DNA from: Chitinophagales bacterium | GTDB taxonomy: Bacteria; Bacteroidota; Bacteroidia; Chitinophagales; UBA10324 | Reading direction: 5' to 3' | Length of the DNA stretch: 64,000 nucleotides | NCBI GenBank assembly: GCA_019694975.1 | Contig: JAIBAY010000007.1 | Location: 1,283-65,282 of the forward strand | In this document: positions 19,670-29,380 of the stretch, in pieces | Numbering within the stretch: position 1 is the first letter of the stretch | Layout of the letters: every line of letters begins with the position of its first letter | Translations under genes and position numbers: made by a program | Notes under the pieces: model-generated | Told to the model about the DNA's origin: nothing | What the model saw: the letters and a program-made list of their open reading frames with translations, nothing else | Database searches by the model: none

Positions 19670-21157
19670 ATGCCACTGATTACAGCGGAACCCGCCATAA
19701 AACATTTCGAAAACTTCCGGAAACATATCATCGGCCTCGATTTTGAATTCGATGGACCATATGGTAAAAAAAAGCTGCTCTATGCAGACTGGATTGCCAG
19801 CGGACGCCTTTATCAGCCTATCGAAGAAAAAATAATGAATGGGTTCGGTCCGGTATTGGGAAATACACATACCGAAACCAACTTCACCGGCACAAGCATG
19901 ACACTGGCTTACCAGGAAGCAAAGAAGCGCATCAAGGCGCACGTTAATGCCTCCAACAATGATGCACTATTATCGGTGGGATCGGGCATGACAGGTGCTG
20001 TAACCAAACTGCAGCGTTTACTCGGCTTAAAAATACCGGAACAATGGGTGCCTTTTCTGCATGCGCCACCCGAGTTGAAACCTGTAGTCTTCATCACCCA
20101 CATGGAGCACCACTCAAACCAGACATCCTGGGAAGAATCGTATTGCGATGTGGTCATTGTTCCACCGGATGAAGAAGGCATGGTGGATATATCGCTGTTT
20201 GAAGAAGCCGTGCAGCGGCATAATCATCGTCCTATTAAGTATGCAGCGATCACGGCCTGCTCCAATGTAACCGGCATCGAGACGCCTTACTATCAAATAG
20301 CTGAAGTGATACATCGCCACGGCGGATGGTGTTTCGTTGATTTCGCCTGCTCCGCACCTTATGTATCCATCAATATGCATCCGGAAAATCCGTTACAACA
20401 GTTGGATGCCATTTATTTTTCGCCGCATAAATTTCTGGGAGGACCCGGAACGCCGGGCATTCTGATATTCAATGAAGCCATTTATCATAACAGGGTACCT
20501 GATCAACCTGGCGGCGGAACGGTGAAATGGACCAATCCCTGGGGCGGCCACAGCTTTCTTGATTCTATTGAAGACCGCGAAGACGGAGGTACACCGGCCT
20601 TTCTGCAAACCATCAAAGCAGCCTTGTGCATGGACCTGAAATTGCAGATGGATCCGAAGGCTATGTCTGCCCGTGAAGCCATCATCACGGAGCGCATTTG
20701 TAATGCATTATCCGCGATTCCTCACTTGCATATTTTGGCATCACATATCCGGAAACGACTCGGTGTTATCTCATTTTATATTGATGCGGTGCATTACAAC
20801 CTGGTGGTGAAACTACTCAACGATTTATATGGCATACAGGTACGGGGAGGCTGTTCCTGTGCGGGTACCTATGGACATTACCTGCTCCATGTTTCTCCGG
20901 ATGTGTCAAAAAGAATCACCGATAAGATAGACCATGGTGATTTTTCCGAAAAGCCGGGATGGGTGCGCCTGTCACTCCACCCGGTGATGAGTGATGAAGA
21001 AATAGATTACATCATTGCAGCCATTGAAAAGATTGCAACGGGCACTGCAAAATGGGAAAGTGACTACACTTACGATCATCATACCAATGAATATCACCAT
21101 CGCAGGGAATCACCGGGTAAAAGAAAAGCGGAGATCGAGCAGTTATTCAATAGCTGA
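19670..21157 (+). CDS. class V aminotransferase / cysteine desulfurase-like PLP enzyme
   Basis: AITACSNVTGIETPY and the PLP-lysine region YFSPHKFLGGPGTPGIL are present. Confidence 0.75.
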   Translation: MPLITAEPAIKHFENFRKHIIGLDFEFDGPYGKKKLLYADWIASGRLYQPIEEKIMNGFGPVLGNTHTETNFTGTSMTLAYQEAKKRIKAHVNASNNDALLSVGSGMTGAVTKLQRLLGLKIPEQWVPFLHAPPELKPVVFITHMEHHSNQTSWEESYCDVVIVPPDEEGMVDISLFEEAVQRHNHRPIKYAAITACSNVTGIETPYYQIAEVIHRHGGWCFVDFACSAPYVSINMHPENPLQQLDAIYFSPHKFLGGPGTPGILIFNEAIYHNRVPDQPGGGTVKWTNPWGGHSFLDSIEDREDGGTPAFLQTIKAALCMDLKLQMDPKAMSAREAIITERICNALSAIPHLHILASHIRKRLGVISFYIDAVHYNLVVKLLNDLYGIQVRGGCSCAGTYGHYLLHVSPDVSKRITDKIDHGDFSEKPGWVRLSLHPVMSDEEIDYIIAAIEKIATGTAKWESDYTYDHHTNEYHHRRESPGKRKAEIEQLFNS

Positions 21158-21207
21158 GAAAGCAGGCACTTTAGTGTGTATATTAATGGCAAACACAGCT
21201 GCTGAAA

Positions 21208-21927
21208 TTATTTCGGTTTGTCGTGTTCACTGACTTTGCCCGCACTTTTCCAGATGTAAATCGCCCAAAATAAGGCCGCAATATTCAGCAGCATATAACC
21301 GATAAAGGATATCACATCCATTAAGCTATACTCCCTGGAACCGCCGTAATACATTACAAGCGGGGCGATATAAAAGATACAACTAAACAGCGGCAGATAG
21401 CTCAGCCAGCGCGGGAAATCCTCATAAAAGGCAAGCAGCAGGCAGGAAGGAACAATCAGTGCTGTCGCGCTGGTGAAGATGTCATACACCTTTTCATATT
21501 CTTCAATGGTGAATTGCCGGATCTCAAAATAAATCACGAGGCTGATACCATTGGCTATCGCATACATGGTGAAACCGGCTGCCGCCAATGTCTTCTTTTC
21601 TTCTGTTAGCTTCAGCCCCATCAGCGTGGAGGAAAATATCACCAGGGCGACAGCAAGCGATTGTAGTATCAATACGATTTTAGGATAATAAGGCGGATTC
21701 TGCGACATATCCACCGGAAAGAACGGGGCTGTGCAATTCAGCAGGAAGCTCAGCACGAATCCCGCCGCAGTGATCTTTGAAACAAGTTTCATACTCTCGT
21801 GATGTTGCATGGGTTGCTTTGGGATGAATTGACTAATATAGAAATCTTTATTCTCTTCAATGAACCCCGACCGTAACAAATTCACAAGTTGCAATTGTGT
21901 ATGTTTTTTTGGACCGTACTCATACAA
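21208..21927 (-). CDS. hypothetical integral membrane protein
   Basis: A 239-aa ORF with about 6 hydrophobic segments. I recognise no family. Confidence 0.55.
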   Translation of the reverse strand: MYEYGPKKHTQLQLVNLLRSGFIEENKDFYISQFIPKQPMQHHESMKLVSKITAAGFVLSFLLNCTAPFFPVDMSQNPPYYPKIVLILQSLAVALVIFSSTLMGLKLTEEKKTLAAAGFTMYAIANGISLVIYFEIRQFTIEEYEKVYDIFTSATALIVPSCLLLAFYEDFPRWLSYLPLFSCIFYIAPLVMYYGGSREYSLMDVISFIGYMLLNIAALFWAIYIWKSAGKVSEHDKPK

Positions 21928-22482
21928 TCTGTTGTTGAGGCAATCCTTTTTACATAACCAATTTTATTTTCTCAGCTGATACGCATGAAGCACACGAAGA
22001 TATCATACAGCATACCTTTTTGAAAAACCTGTCAGTACCCGTTTCTGCCAACTTCCGGACACTCATCCCTCTGCATAAACTTAGTTTTAAGAATTGAATT
22101 ATCACTGTGATGGAACTTGCTTTTTTCTCCCATAAATCATAAACACAGCTTGCATGCAAATGAAAACAGATTTGTAATGCAGGATTTGCTTAAGGAGAAT
22201 CATGCATACATACGACTGATACAATATCCTGCTGCCTGAAAGCTGAAGCAGTTCTTTACCCGAAATCAATGCTTTGATTGACGCGACCAAATAAATTAAT
22301 CCTGAAGCAATGTCTTCACTCCTCAATTTGCTTTTATCCTGCCTGTTTATGGCCTGTTAGCAACACTGACAAGGCAAGTTTGTTTATGGCCTTCAGATCG
22401 CTGAATGTATCGGAATCAATGAACGGCATATCATTTTCAAAATACTTTTTATTTATATTCGACCACCTCAAACAATGCAACC

Positions 22483-23475
22483 ATGAAAACACTGCTTAAA
22501 ATTCTCAAATGGACGGGCATCGCACTGGGCGTTATTGTACTTGGCTTGTTCATTACCGGTTATTTTCTGTACAACAAAACCTATACGGCACCTTATCCTG
22601 ATCTGCATGCTTCCACCGACAGTGCTGTGATCGCACACGGCAAACACCTCGTGGTGGCAACGGCACATTGCGTGGAGTGTCATTTCAAACCCGGCGATTC
22701 TATGCTGGTGATGAATGGTGAGGAGGTACAGCTGGCCGGAGGAGGCTTTCCTTTTATCTTTCCCGGCGGAGCATTCTACTCCAAAAATATCAGCAGCGAT
22801 AAGGAAACCGGCATAGGCAGTTATACCGATCAGGAAATAGCGCGTGCCTTACGATATGGCGTAAAGCGCGATGGTACCGTCCTGATTCCTGCCATGGAAT
22901 TTCAGAATCTGAGCGACGAAGACCTAACTGCCATCATCTCCTATCTCCGGACCGTTCCAGCGGTTGCCCATAAGGTGCCGGAGAATGACTTTAACCTCTT
23001 CGGCAAAGCTATCATGGCATTTTTTATCCGCCCATCTGCACCGGAAAAGGCGCCACCAAAATCCATGATGCCCGATACCACCGTTGCCTATGGTGAATAC
23101 ATTGCGCAGTCGGTGAGCAACTGCAAAGGATGCCATACCTACCGTAACATGAATACCGGCGCATATGAAGGGGAACCGCTTGCCGGCGGACCGGTGGAGC
23201 CATTGCAGAGCGATCCATCGAAGATGCTCGTTTCGCCCAACCTGACACCTGACCCGGAGACGGGACACATCTATTATTGGACATACGACCTCTTCAAGAC
23301 ACGCTTCTCTCAGGGATATGTTATCAAAGAATCCATCATGCCATGGGGACAATTCAAACATCTGAACGATACGGAACTGAAAGCGATCTGGAAGTACCTG
23401 CATTCGGTGAAACCGGTTCATAAGGTGAGCAGTCCGGCCATACAGGATGCGAAGGAGCTGGCAAAACAATCATAA
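22483..23475 (+). CDS. membrane-anchored di-haem c-type cytochrome
   Basis: N-terminal TM WTGIALGVIVLGLFITGYFLY and two CxxCH haem-binding motifs (CVECH, CKGCH). Confidence 0.8.
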   Translation: MKTLLKILKWTGIALGVIVLGLFITGYFLYNKTYTAPYPDLHASTDSAVIAHGKHLVVATAHCVECHFKPGDSMLVMNGEEVQLAGGGFPFIFPGGAFYSKNISSDKETGIGSYTDQEIARALRYGVKRDGTVLIPAMEFQNLSDEDLTAIISYLRTVPAVAHKVPENDFNLFGKAIMAFFIRPSAPEKAPPKSMMPDTTVAYGEYIAQSVSNCKGCHTYRNMNTGAYEGEPLAGGPVEPLQSDPSKMLVSPNLTPDPETGHIYYWTYDLFKTRFSQGYVIKESIMPWGQFKHLNDTELKAIWKYLHSVKPVHKVSSPAIQDAKELAKQS

Positions 23476-23519
23476 TGGATCCATTCGTAACGGAAAGCAG
23501 CAGGCGATAGAGGGAGGCA

Positions 23520-25457
23520 TCAGTCATAGACCGGTAAATCAAACTGCTTCCTCACCTTTCGTATATACTCATCGTGCCAGATCGCTTTGCAGAAATCATC
23601 GCCATACATCTGCAGTGCATAGGTGGAGCGGGCTTCGATGCCTATGTCAAAATAATGATAGAAGCTTTGCAGATCACCCTGCAGCATGCACATGTAGCCG
23701 TAAAACAATCCGAAATCAGGTGTGGGTTGCTGATCGTAAATGGCTTTGAACTTTGCCATCACCACTTTTAACTTTTCAAGTTCGCCGGCATAGCCGTAGC
23801 AAGAGGCCAGGCCTGCCAGCACATACGGATGGTCACCGGCGATCTTTTGATTTTCTTCGAGAATACCGGTGCCTGCTGCGGTTTGTCCCATCTTCACTAA
23901 GGCATACCCTTTCAATTGCAGGGCAAGAAAGTTATGCGGGTTAAGTGCCAGCGACCGCTCCGCCATCTCCAGGGTTTTATCATTGTCGCCGATGCTCAGG
24001 AAAATTCTCCCTGATTCGGCAAGAGAGCGCGGGCTCATCGGATCCACTTCAGCAATGCGCATCGCTACGGCTGCCGCCTTCTTTTTGTCCAGGACCAGCA
24101 CATAATATTCCCCAAGCATAAAGTAACAGGAAGGCTCACTGGGATTGATCTGATTCGCTTTCATCAGCAGCGCATGGGCGCCTTGCCAGTCCCATTCATG
24201 AAACTTCACGCTTGCCATCGCCACGAGCGCTTTAGGATTGGCGGGCTGTGAACGGATGGCAGCTTCGGCATGCTCATGAAACCTCCTCACCACTTCCTCC
24301 GCCGGAACGTCACTCACATATCCCGGAAAGAGGTAGATGTTGGCGAGCACAGCATGTGCATTGGCAAAATCAGGATCCAGCGCAACCGCTTCATGCAGCA
24401 ATTGTAAGGAATGGCTGCGCACCTTTGGGTCGAGGTTATCCCAGTTGTAAGCACCTTCGAGGTATTTCTTATAAGCCTCGAGGCTCTTCGTGGGCGCTGT
24501 CGCCAGCGGCGACTCATGTTGCTCAGTGGCAAAGTTGGTTTTCAGTTTATTGGCGATGTTCCTGGCAATCTCATCCTGCACGGCAAAAATATCTTCCAGG
24601 TCGCGGTCATAATTGGCACTCCAGAAGTGATAACCGTCAGAAGCGTTGATGAGTTGCGCCGTGATGCGCACTTTGTTGCCCGCTTTGCGTACGCTGCCTT
24701 CAATCACTTTCTGTACATTCAGCCTCGCTGCAATTTCCCGCACATCTTCCTGCTTACCCTTAAAAGCAAATGCCGAGGTGCGCGATGTAACCTGGAGCCC
24801 ATCAACCTGCGCCAGCACATTGATCAGCTCTTCCGTGATGCCATCACAGAAGAATTCATTTTCCGGATCTGAACTCATATTGGCGAAAGGCAATACGGCG
24901 ATGCCGTTCAGCGCAGTTTTTGTTTTGCCGGTCATCTCCTCTCTCGAAGGCACCATGAGTCCCGGGTTGGTCACGGCATATACCTGAATCGGTTGTTTCA
25001 CATTCTTCAGCTCGAAATAACCCAGTGGCTTGGTAGTGATGCCTTCGGTATTTTTTACTTCATCATACAGTTTTTCGGAGATGAAAACACCGCCGGGCGT
25101 AGATAGTGATTCTATGCGTGAGGCAATATTTACGCTATCGCCATACACGCCGTTTTCATCTGTCATCACATCGCCGGTATGTATGCCGATCCTGACATCA
25201 ATCTTCGGCGCCGTCAGGAAGAGTGATTGCATTTCAACTGCGGCCCTCACGGCATTCACTCCGCTGTTGAACATACTCATTGTACCATCGCCATAAAACT
25301 GCAGCACTTTTCCGTCATACTTGGCAAGCATAGATTCAAAAATCTGCTTGCTGCGGTCTCTTTTCTGCACGGCCAGCTGTTCATTCTGCTGCATGAGTGC
25401 GGTATAGCCGACCATATCGGTGAACATGATAGCGGCAAGCTGACGGGTGGCTGGCAT
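23520..25457 (-). CDS. class III adenylate/guanylate cyclase fused to a TPR-repeat region
   Basis: The N-terminal catalytic domain reads AAIMFTDMVGYTALM...QFYGDGTMSMF...RIGIHTGDV...GVYGDSVNIASRIESL. The C-terminal half is TPR-like. Confidence 0.85.
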   Translation of the reverse strand: MPATRQLAAIMFTDMVGYTALMQQNEQLAVQKRDRSKQIFESMLAKYDGKVLQFYGDGTMSMFNSGVNAVRAAVEMQSLFLTAPKIDVRIGIHTGDVMTDENGVYGDSVNIASRIESLSTPGGVFISEKLYDEVKNTEGITTKPLGYFELKNVKQPIQVYAVTNPGLMVPSREEMTGKTKTALNGIAVLPFANMSSDPENEFFCDGITEELINVLAQVDGLQVTSRTSAFAFKGKQEDVREIAARLNVQKVIEGSVRKAGNKVRITAQLINASDGYHFWSANYDRDLEDIFAVQDEIARNIANKLKTNFATEQHESPLATAPTKSLEAYKKYLEGAYNWDNLDPKVRSHSLQLLHEAVALDPDFANAHAVLANIYLFPGYVSDVPAEEVVRRFHEHAEAAIRSQPANPKALVAMASVKFHEWDWQGAHALLMKANQINPSEPSCYFMLGEYYVLVLDKKKAAAVAMRIAEVDPMSPRSLAESGRIFLSIGDNDKTLEMAERSLALNPHNFLALQLKGYALVKMGQTAAGTGILEENQKIAGDHPYVLAGLASCYGYAGELEKLKVVMAKFKAIYDQQPTPDFGLFYGYMCMLQGDLQSFYHYFDIGIEARSTYALQMYGDDFCKAIWHDEYIRKVRKQFDLPVYD

Positions 25458-25608
25458 AGCATAACAAAAATGGAGAAAATAAATGAAGCGGATGCTGATA
25501 TCTGTCGCAGAAAAAAAATATGATTATGAAGCGGTACAAGAAGATTTTACCTGCACTCAGGATTACAGCTGATGTGAAAGCCGGTAGCTTGAGACGCACC
25601 GGAAAGCA

Positions 25609-25992
25609 TCACAGTTCGGTAATCATGGAAGATATCTTCTCAAAGGCTTCTTCATCCTTAATAACATATTGCTCCGCACCCTTGTAGATTGTTTCGAGGG
25701 CCACGGAATATCTCTCCAGGCTGGAAAGAATGATGATATGGATTCGCGGATAATGTTTCTTGATGGCCTGCAGGATTTCGAGTCCGCTCGCCGCATCTTT
25801 ATGTCTCGCGTTTAACTCATAATCGAGGATGACGACATCCGTGCTTTCATCAATATATTTCAGGGATTCTTCACCGGTATTGAACATTTGTACCTGGTGC
25901 TGAACATGGCGTGTCAGGTAATCCGACAATGCCTGGTTCAACCGGTCATCATCATCCACTATAATAATCTTTTTTGGCTTGCTGAAGTCCAT
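25609..25992 (-). CDS. stand-alone response-regulator receiver domain protein
   Basis: KIIIVDDDD...VVILDYEL...IIILSS is the CheY-like pattern. It lies 151 bp upstream of the cyclase and is co-directional with it. Confidence 0.85.
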   Translation of the reverse strand: MDFSKPKKIIIVDDDDRLNQALSDYLTRHVQHQVQMFNTGEESLKYIDESTDVVILDYELNARHKDAASGLEILQAIKKHYPRIHIIILSSLERYSVALETIYKGAEQYVIKDEEAFEKISSMITEL

Positions 25993-26452
25993 AATTTTAT
26001 GCTGAACCGTAAAAATAGGAATATGGTATTAATGAAGTAAAGTAATCATAAAAAAAGCAAGTATGAAAAACCGGGCACTGACTGCTGATCGGTTCAGCCA
26101 ATTGATCTGCCGGCATAAAATCAGCCGATAGTCTGCTTGCAGCATACGGGATTTACTATGGCCATTGAAATAAACATCCTTCAAAACCCGGCATGTTCAA
26201 AGGCATAAGCTGCTTCGGAAATTCCATCCTCGCCTATCTGCTGCAAGCCTGCCCTGCTCCACAGTTTAGTAGTGGAAAACAGTAGCCGGTGATTCAGCAC
26301 CGCAAAGCATAGTTAACAGAAACAACACGACAGCTGAAATGGCTGATCCATTCAATCAGCAAATTACTTCCCTGCATATTATGTATCCTGTTGCCTGTTG
26401 TTTTATCAGTTTTTATTCATCCGGTGCAAACCGCGCGATATATATTTGCCGG

Positions 26453-26986
26453 ATGAAAAAAATGTTTCCCGCATTGGCACTGATATGTGTTGTGGTCAAT
26501 GGTTGTCTCTTTTACGCTAATCCTTCCGAAAATCCGCCACGTACATTTATGAAAAGCCTGGCAAAGCATGACGGCAGCTGGACGCTAACGCAGCTTTCGC
26601 TTATAGCTTATGATACAGATCCGTTTATGCCCGGCGCAGCACCGGTTATTGATACGGTCTATTTAAATACCGGGACTTTTCATTTTGATAATTATAATGG
26701 CGATATCGATGGCACCGGATCATTTACCGTAACCAGTGGTACCGAAAGCAACTTCACTTTTAAGGTGCCTGATTTTGATGAAACGATGAAGCAGTCGCCG
26801 GAGATGAGTATCTTCTTCAACGGTTATCCCGTGATGATCTGTAATGGCAATGATTACAAAGAAGCGGATACCTATACGCTTACCGGACAGGTTACGGATG
26901 TTGTTACCACCTTTCCTTTGGTGCAATCCATTCCAGCAGGGGATTATCAACTCTTAGAATTCACGATACAGATAAAAAGGAATTAG
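26453..26986 (+). CDS. hypothetical lipoprotein
   Basis: The start is taken at MKKMFPALALICVVVNGC (signal peptide plus lipobox-like Cys). The ORF is open from 26339. Confidence 0.55.
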   Translation: MKKMFPALALICVVVNGCLFYANPSENPPRTFMKSLAKHDGSWTLTQLSLIAYDTDPFMPGAAPVIDTVYLNTGTFHFDNYNGDIDGTGSFTVTSGTESNFTFKVPDFDETMKQSPEMSIFFNGYPVMICNGNDYKEADTYTLTGQVTDVVTTFPLVQSIPAGDYQLLEFTIQIKRN

Positions 26987-27049
26987 CAACAGGATAATAA
27001 TTGAGAAGCTGCTAAGTGCATTGCTGCTGCAGGTAAGTACTTCCATTAA

Positions 27050-27616
27050 TCAACCAGCCTGACTCATCTCTTTCACTTTTGTATGCATGCTGCGGATACG
27101 CAGCGAAAGCATGATTTCGAAGAGTGCGAGCACAATCATCTGAATGCCAAAAAAGATCATGAGCGTCAGGTTGGAAATCAATGGGTTCATGCTGATATAC
27201 AAGCCCGCAACAATCGTCAGTGCTGCCAGTAACAGTCCGAGCCACCATTGATTGTGTCCTTTACGCTTGAATTCCAGTGCAGCCACCACGGCAATTGCAC
27301 CCGACATGATGGTCCAGAATCCAAAGATGATGGTGAAGATGATGAGCGATGACACAACGGCACGGAGCACCATCCAGCCAAACAGAATATCGAGCACACC
27401 GCGGGCCACTATCCATCCTTTATGATGCATCTCACTCCAGTGCCCGATTAACTCCACCAGGTAAAGTATGCCGGCGATGATGGCAAGATAACCCACCAGC
27501 ACTGTGAAACCCAAAGCAGATTCGAGCGGATTCACAATCATATAAATGCCTGCCGCAAGGAAAAGCAGTCCGCGTAACATCGGCAGGTACCAGTATTTCA
27601 AAAGGTGCTGTATCAT
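27050..27616 (-). CDS. HdeD/DUF308 family membrane protein
   Basis: Repeated DUF308-type TM hairpins, for example LRGLLFLAAGIYMIVNP and GVLDILFGWMVL. Confidence 0.75.
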   Translation of the reverse strand: MIQHLLKYWYLPMLRGLLFLAAGIYMIVNPLESALGFTVLVGYLAIIAGILYLVELIGHWSEMHHKGWIVARGVLDILFGWMVLRAVVSSLIIFTIIFGFWTIMSGAIAVVAALEFKRKGHNQWWLGLLLAALTIVAGLYISMNPLISNLTLMIFFGIQMIVLALFEIMLSLRIRSMHTKVKEMSQAG

Positions 27617-27841
27617 CTGATGATTCTTTTAGTGAATGATGGTGAAATCAAATCTCATATTCCTTCACAAAAAACGAAAAGTTGTTCAGAGTTACAAGCC
27701 GGTAACACGCCCATCACAATACACCACCTGATTGTATAAACTGCCTTCACTGTTATTGTGGTGAAAACTAACCAATATCATTGTTTTTGCTACAGGCATA
27801 ACTGAAACTTTGAATAGGTAATATCCTAAAAGTTATATACC

Positions 27842-28200
27842 ATGAAAACAAAACTAATAATAGTAGTAACCGGATTGCGGCAACCGGATTTTCGCTAAAT
27901 GACAAAGGTTATACCGGTACCTGCGAAGTGCCCTATCAGCACTATGAAACTGATTGGTGGGAATATATTCCTGCCCTCAATACCTGGACACAAAAAAGCG
28001 ATCTCGCAGGATCAGGACGCTATATGGCAGTTGCTTTTGCTATCGAAAACAAAGGTTATCTCGCGACAGGTATTACTCATGAAGGAATTTTACTTAAAGA
28101 TTACTGGTAATACATTCCAGCATCTGTTTCCACCTGTGCTGTTCCCGTCTCACTTAATACCGGTTGAGGTCTCAGCGAAGGCGGGCAATTAAAATCACTT
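27842..28200 (+). pseudogene. degraded N-terminal remnant of a Kelch-like-repeat T9SS cargo gene (paralogue of 37520..39919)
   Basis: MKTKLIIVVTGL runs into a stop. A shifted frame then reads GFSLNDKGYTGT...DWWEYIPALNTWTQKSDLAGSGRYMAVAFAIENKGYLATG, matching the repeats of the 37520 protein. A further stop is followed by an FN3-start-like CAVPVSLNT..VSAKAGN. Confidence 0.55.
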
Positions 28201-28303
28201 CACTGTCGCACCGCACCAATTTAATTAAAAACACAAACGGTTGAAGTTCCGACTGAACGTCCGCTCTTGCCAAGGTCATGTTACCGGATGCCCTTCTTCT
28301 TCC

Positions 28304-29380
28304 TTACATGAAGGAATCTATTTTGTTTCGACTTACTTCTTGCAGAAAGGGACTGTAAGTTGTTGTAATCAAATTTGTCAAAGCAGGTTCAGATTTTAAT
28401 AGTTCAATCATACGATACCTATCAATTAAAACAACATCATAAATGTCAAGTGGGTTAAACCATGCCAAGGATTCGTCTCTCAAATGTCGAGGAACAAAAT
28501 GATAAGTTAGGTAACCATTTTCAAATTGAACGTATTTGCTCCATTTAGATTCATGAGCATCAAATTCTTTAGTTATCCAATCAGTGCCACACGCACATTG
28601 GCCAAAAAATGTCGGTTGTGAAAATTGGTTGTCTGTGAAGTTGTAAACACCAACCCAGTCTAGACCACCATCGCCAACATTATGAAGTCCTGAATTCTCT
28701 TCTGTAAAATTTGTCCTTGGTGCCACATGAAGCAAATTGCACAATTCTAAAACTTTGTCATAGAATTTTCCCGAAATAGACGGAGTTAAATATTCTCCTG
28801 CTCCTGAACCAAAGAAAATATTTTGAGTATTATTTGGAGTCAATTTCTTAAACGCTGGTCCACATAATTCTTCAAAATGATGCCCAAGTCTGTTAAGTCC
28901 ACTTTTTGTCGCAAGTCTTAATAGGGATGAACAAAGTAATATCAAATAAAGTGTTTGACTAATTGTCAATTCTACTTTTATAGTTATGTCGTTATTTGAA
29001 ACAACAAATGGATAATCATCTCCAAAGTGCTTTTGACGAGATTTCAATAATGTGAAATAGTAATTTATTTTAGATGAAATCTTATCTCTCAAAGCAGGAT
29101 TGTCGCTTGTTTCATCAAAAACCTCATCTTCAATTAATTCGTCTGGAGAAGCAATAGAAGTGACCAGTTCTATTATTTCATCTTCGTCCGCTACATCTTC
29201 AATTGCAACTAGTGGATTATTTGAACTCTCATCTAAAAGTCTGTCCGCAATTTGTTGCTCGCTGATTTTCCCTTCCTGTGAAATGAAACAGAAGAATTCA
29301 ATATGGTCGGCCCAATGATTAGGTTCGGAATTTAGCTTGGGCAAACTAAGGTCTTGGTATTTTAAGTATGCCATAGCCAT
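28304..29380 (-). CDS. uncharacterised protein with an acidic N-terminal third and a C-terminal Mrr-like (PD-(D/E)xK-type) motif; second gene of the ParB-like cassette
   Basis: The 358-aa ORF starts inside TAATG, overlapping the upstream stop. An acidic run reads IEDVADEDEIIELVTSIASPDELIEDEVFDETSD. The C-terminal HNVGDGGLDWVGV...FFGQCACGTDWITK resembles the GDGGID...QxK nuclease core. Confidence 0.8.
   Translation of the reverse strand: MAMAYLKYQDLSLPKLNSEPNHWADHIEFFCFISQEGKISEQQIADRLLDESSNNPLVAIEDVADEDEIIELVTSIASPDELIEDEVFDETSDNPALRDKISSKINYYFTLLKSRQKHFGDDYPFVVSNNDITIKVELTISQTLYLILLCSSLLRLATKSGLNRLGHHFEELCGPAFKKLTPNNTQNIFFGSGAGEYLTPSISGKFYDKVLELCNLLHVAPRTNFTEENSGLHNVGDGGLDWVGVYNFTDNQFSQPTFFGQCACGTDWITKEFDAHESKWSKYVQFENGYLTYHFVPRHLRDESLAWFNPLDIYDVVLIDRYRMIELLKSEPALTNLITTTYSPFLQEVSRNKIDSFM

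Noticed and set aside
21928-22482. A 555-bp gap with three small ORFs (69-74 aa), considered as a possible small gene or ncRNA locus.
   Set aside because: The ORFs overlap on both strands and have no signal peptide, motifs or conserved structure that I can recognise. No terminator or promoter-like element supports a transcript.
23520-25992. The receiver protein and the cyclase-TPR gene, considered as a novel signalling system.
   Set aside because: A stand-alone receiver next to a class III cyclase is a common arrangement, and nothing in the sequence distinguishes it.
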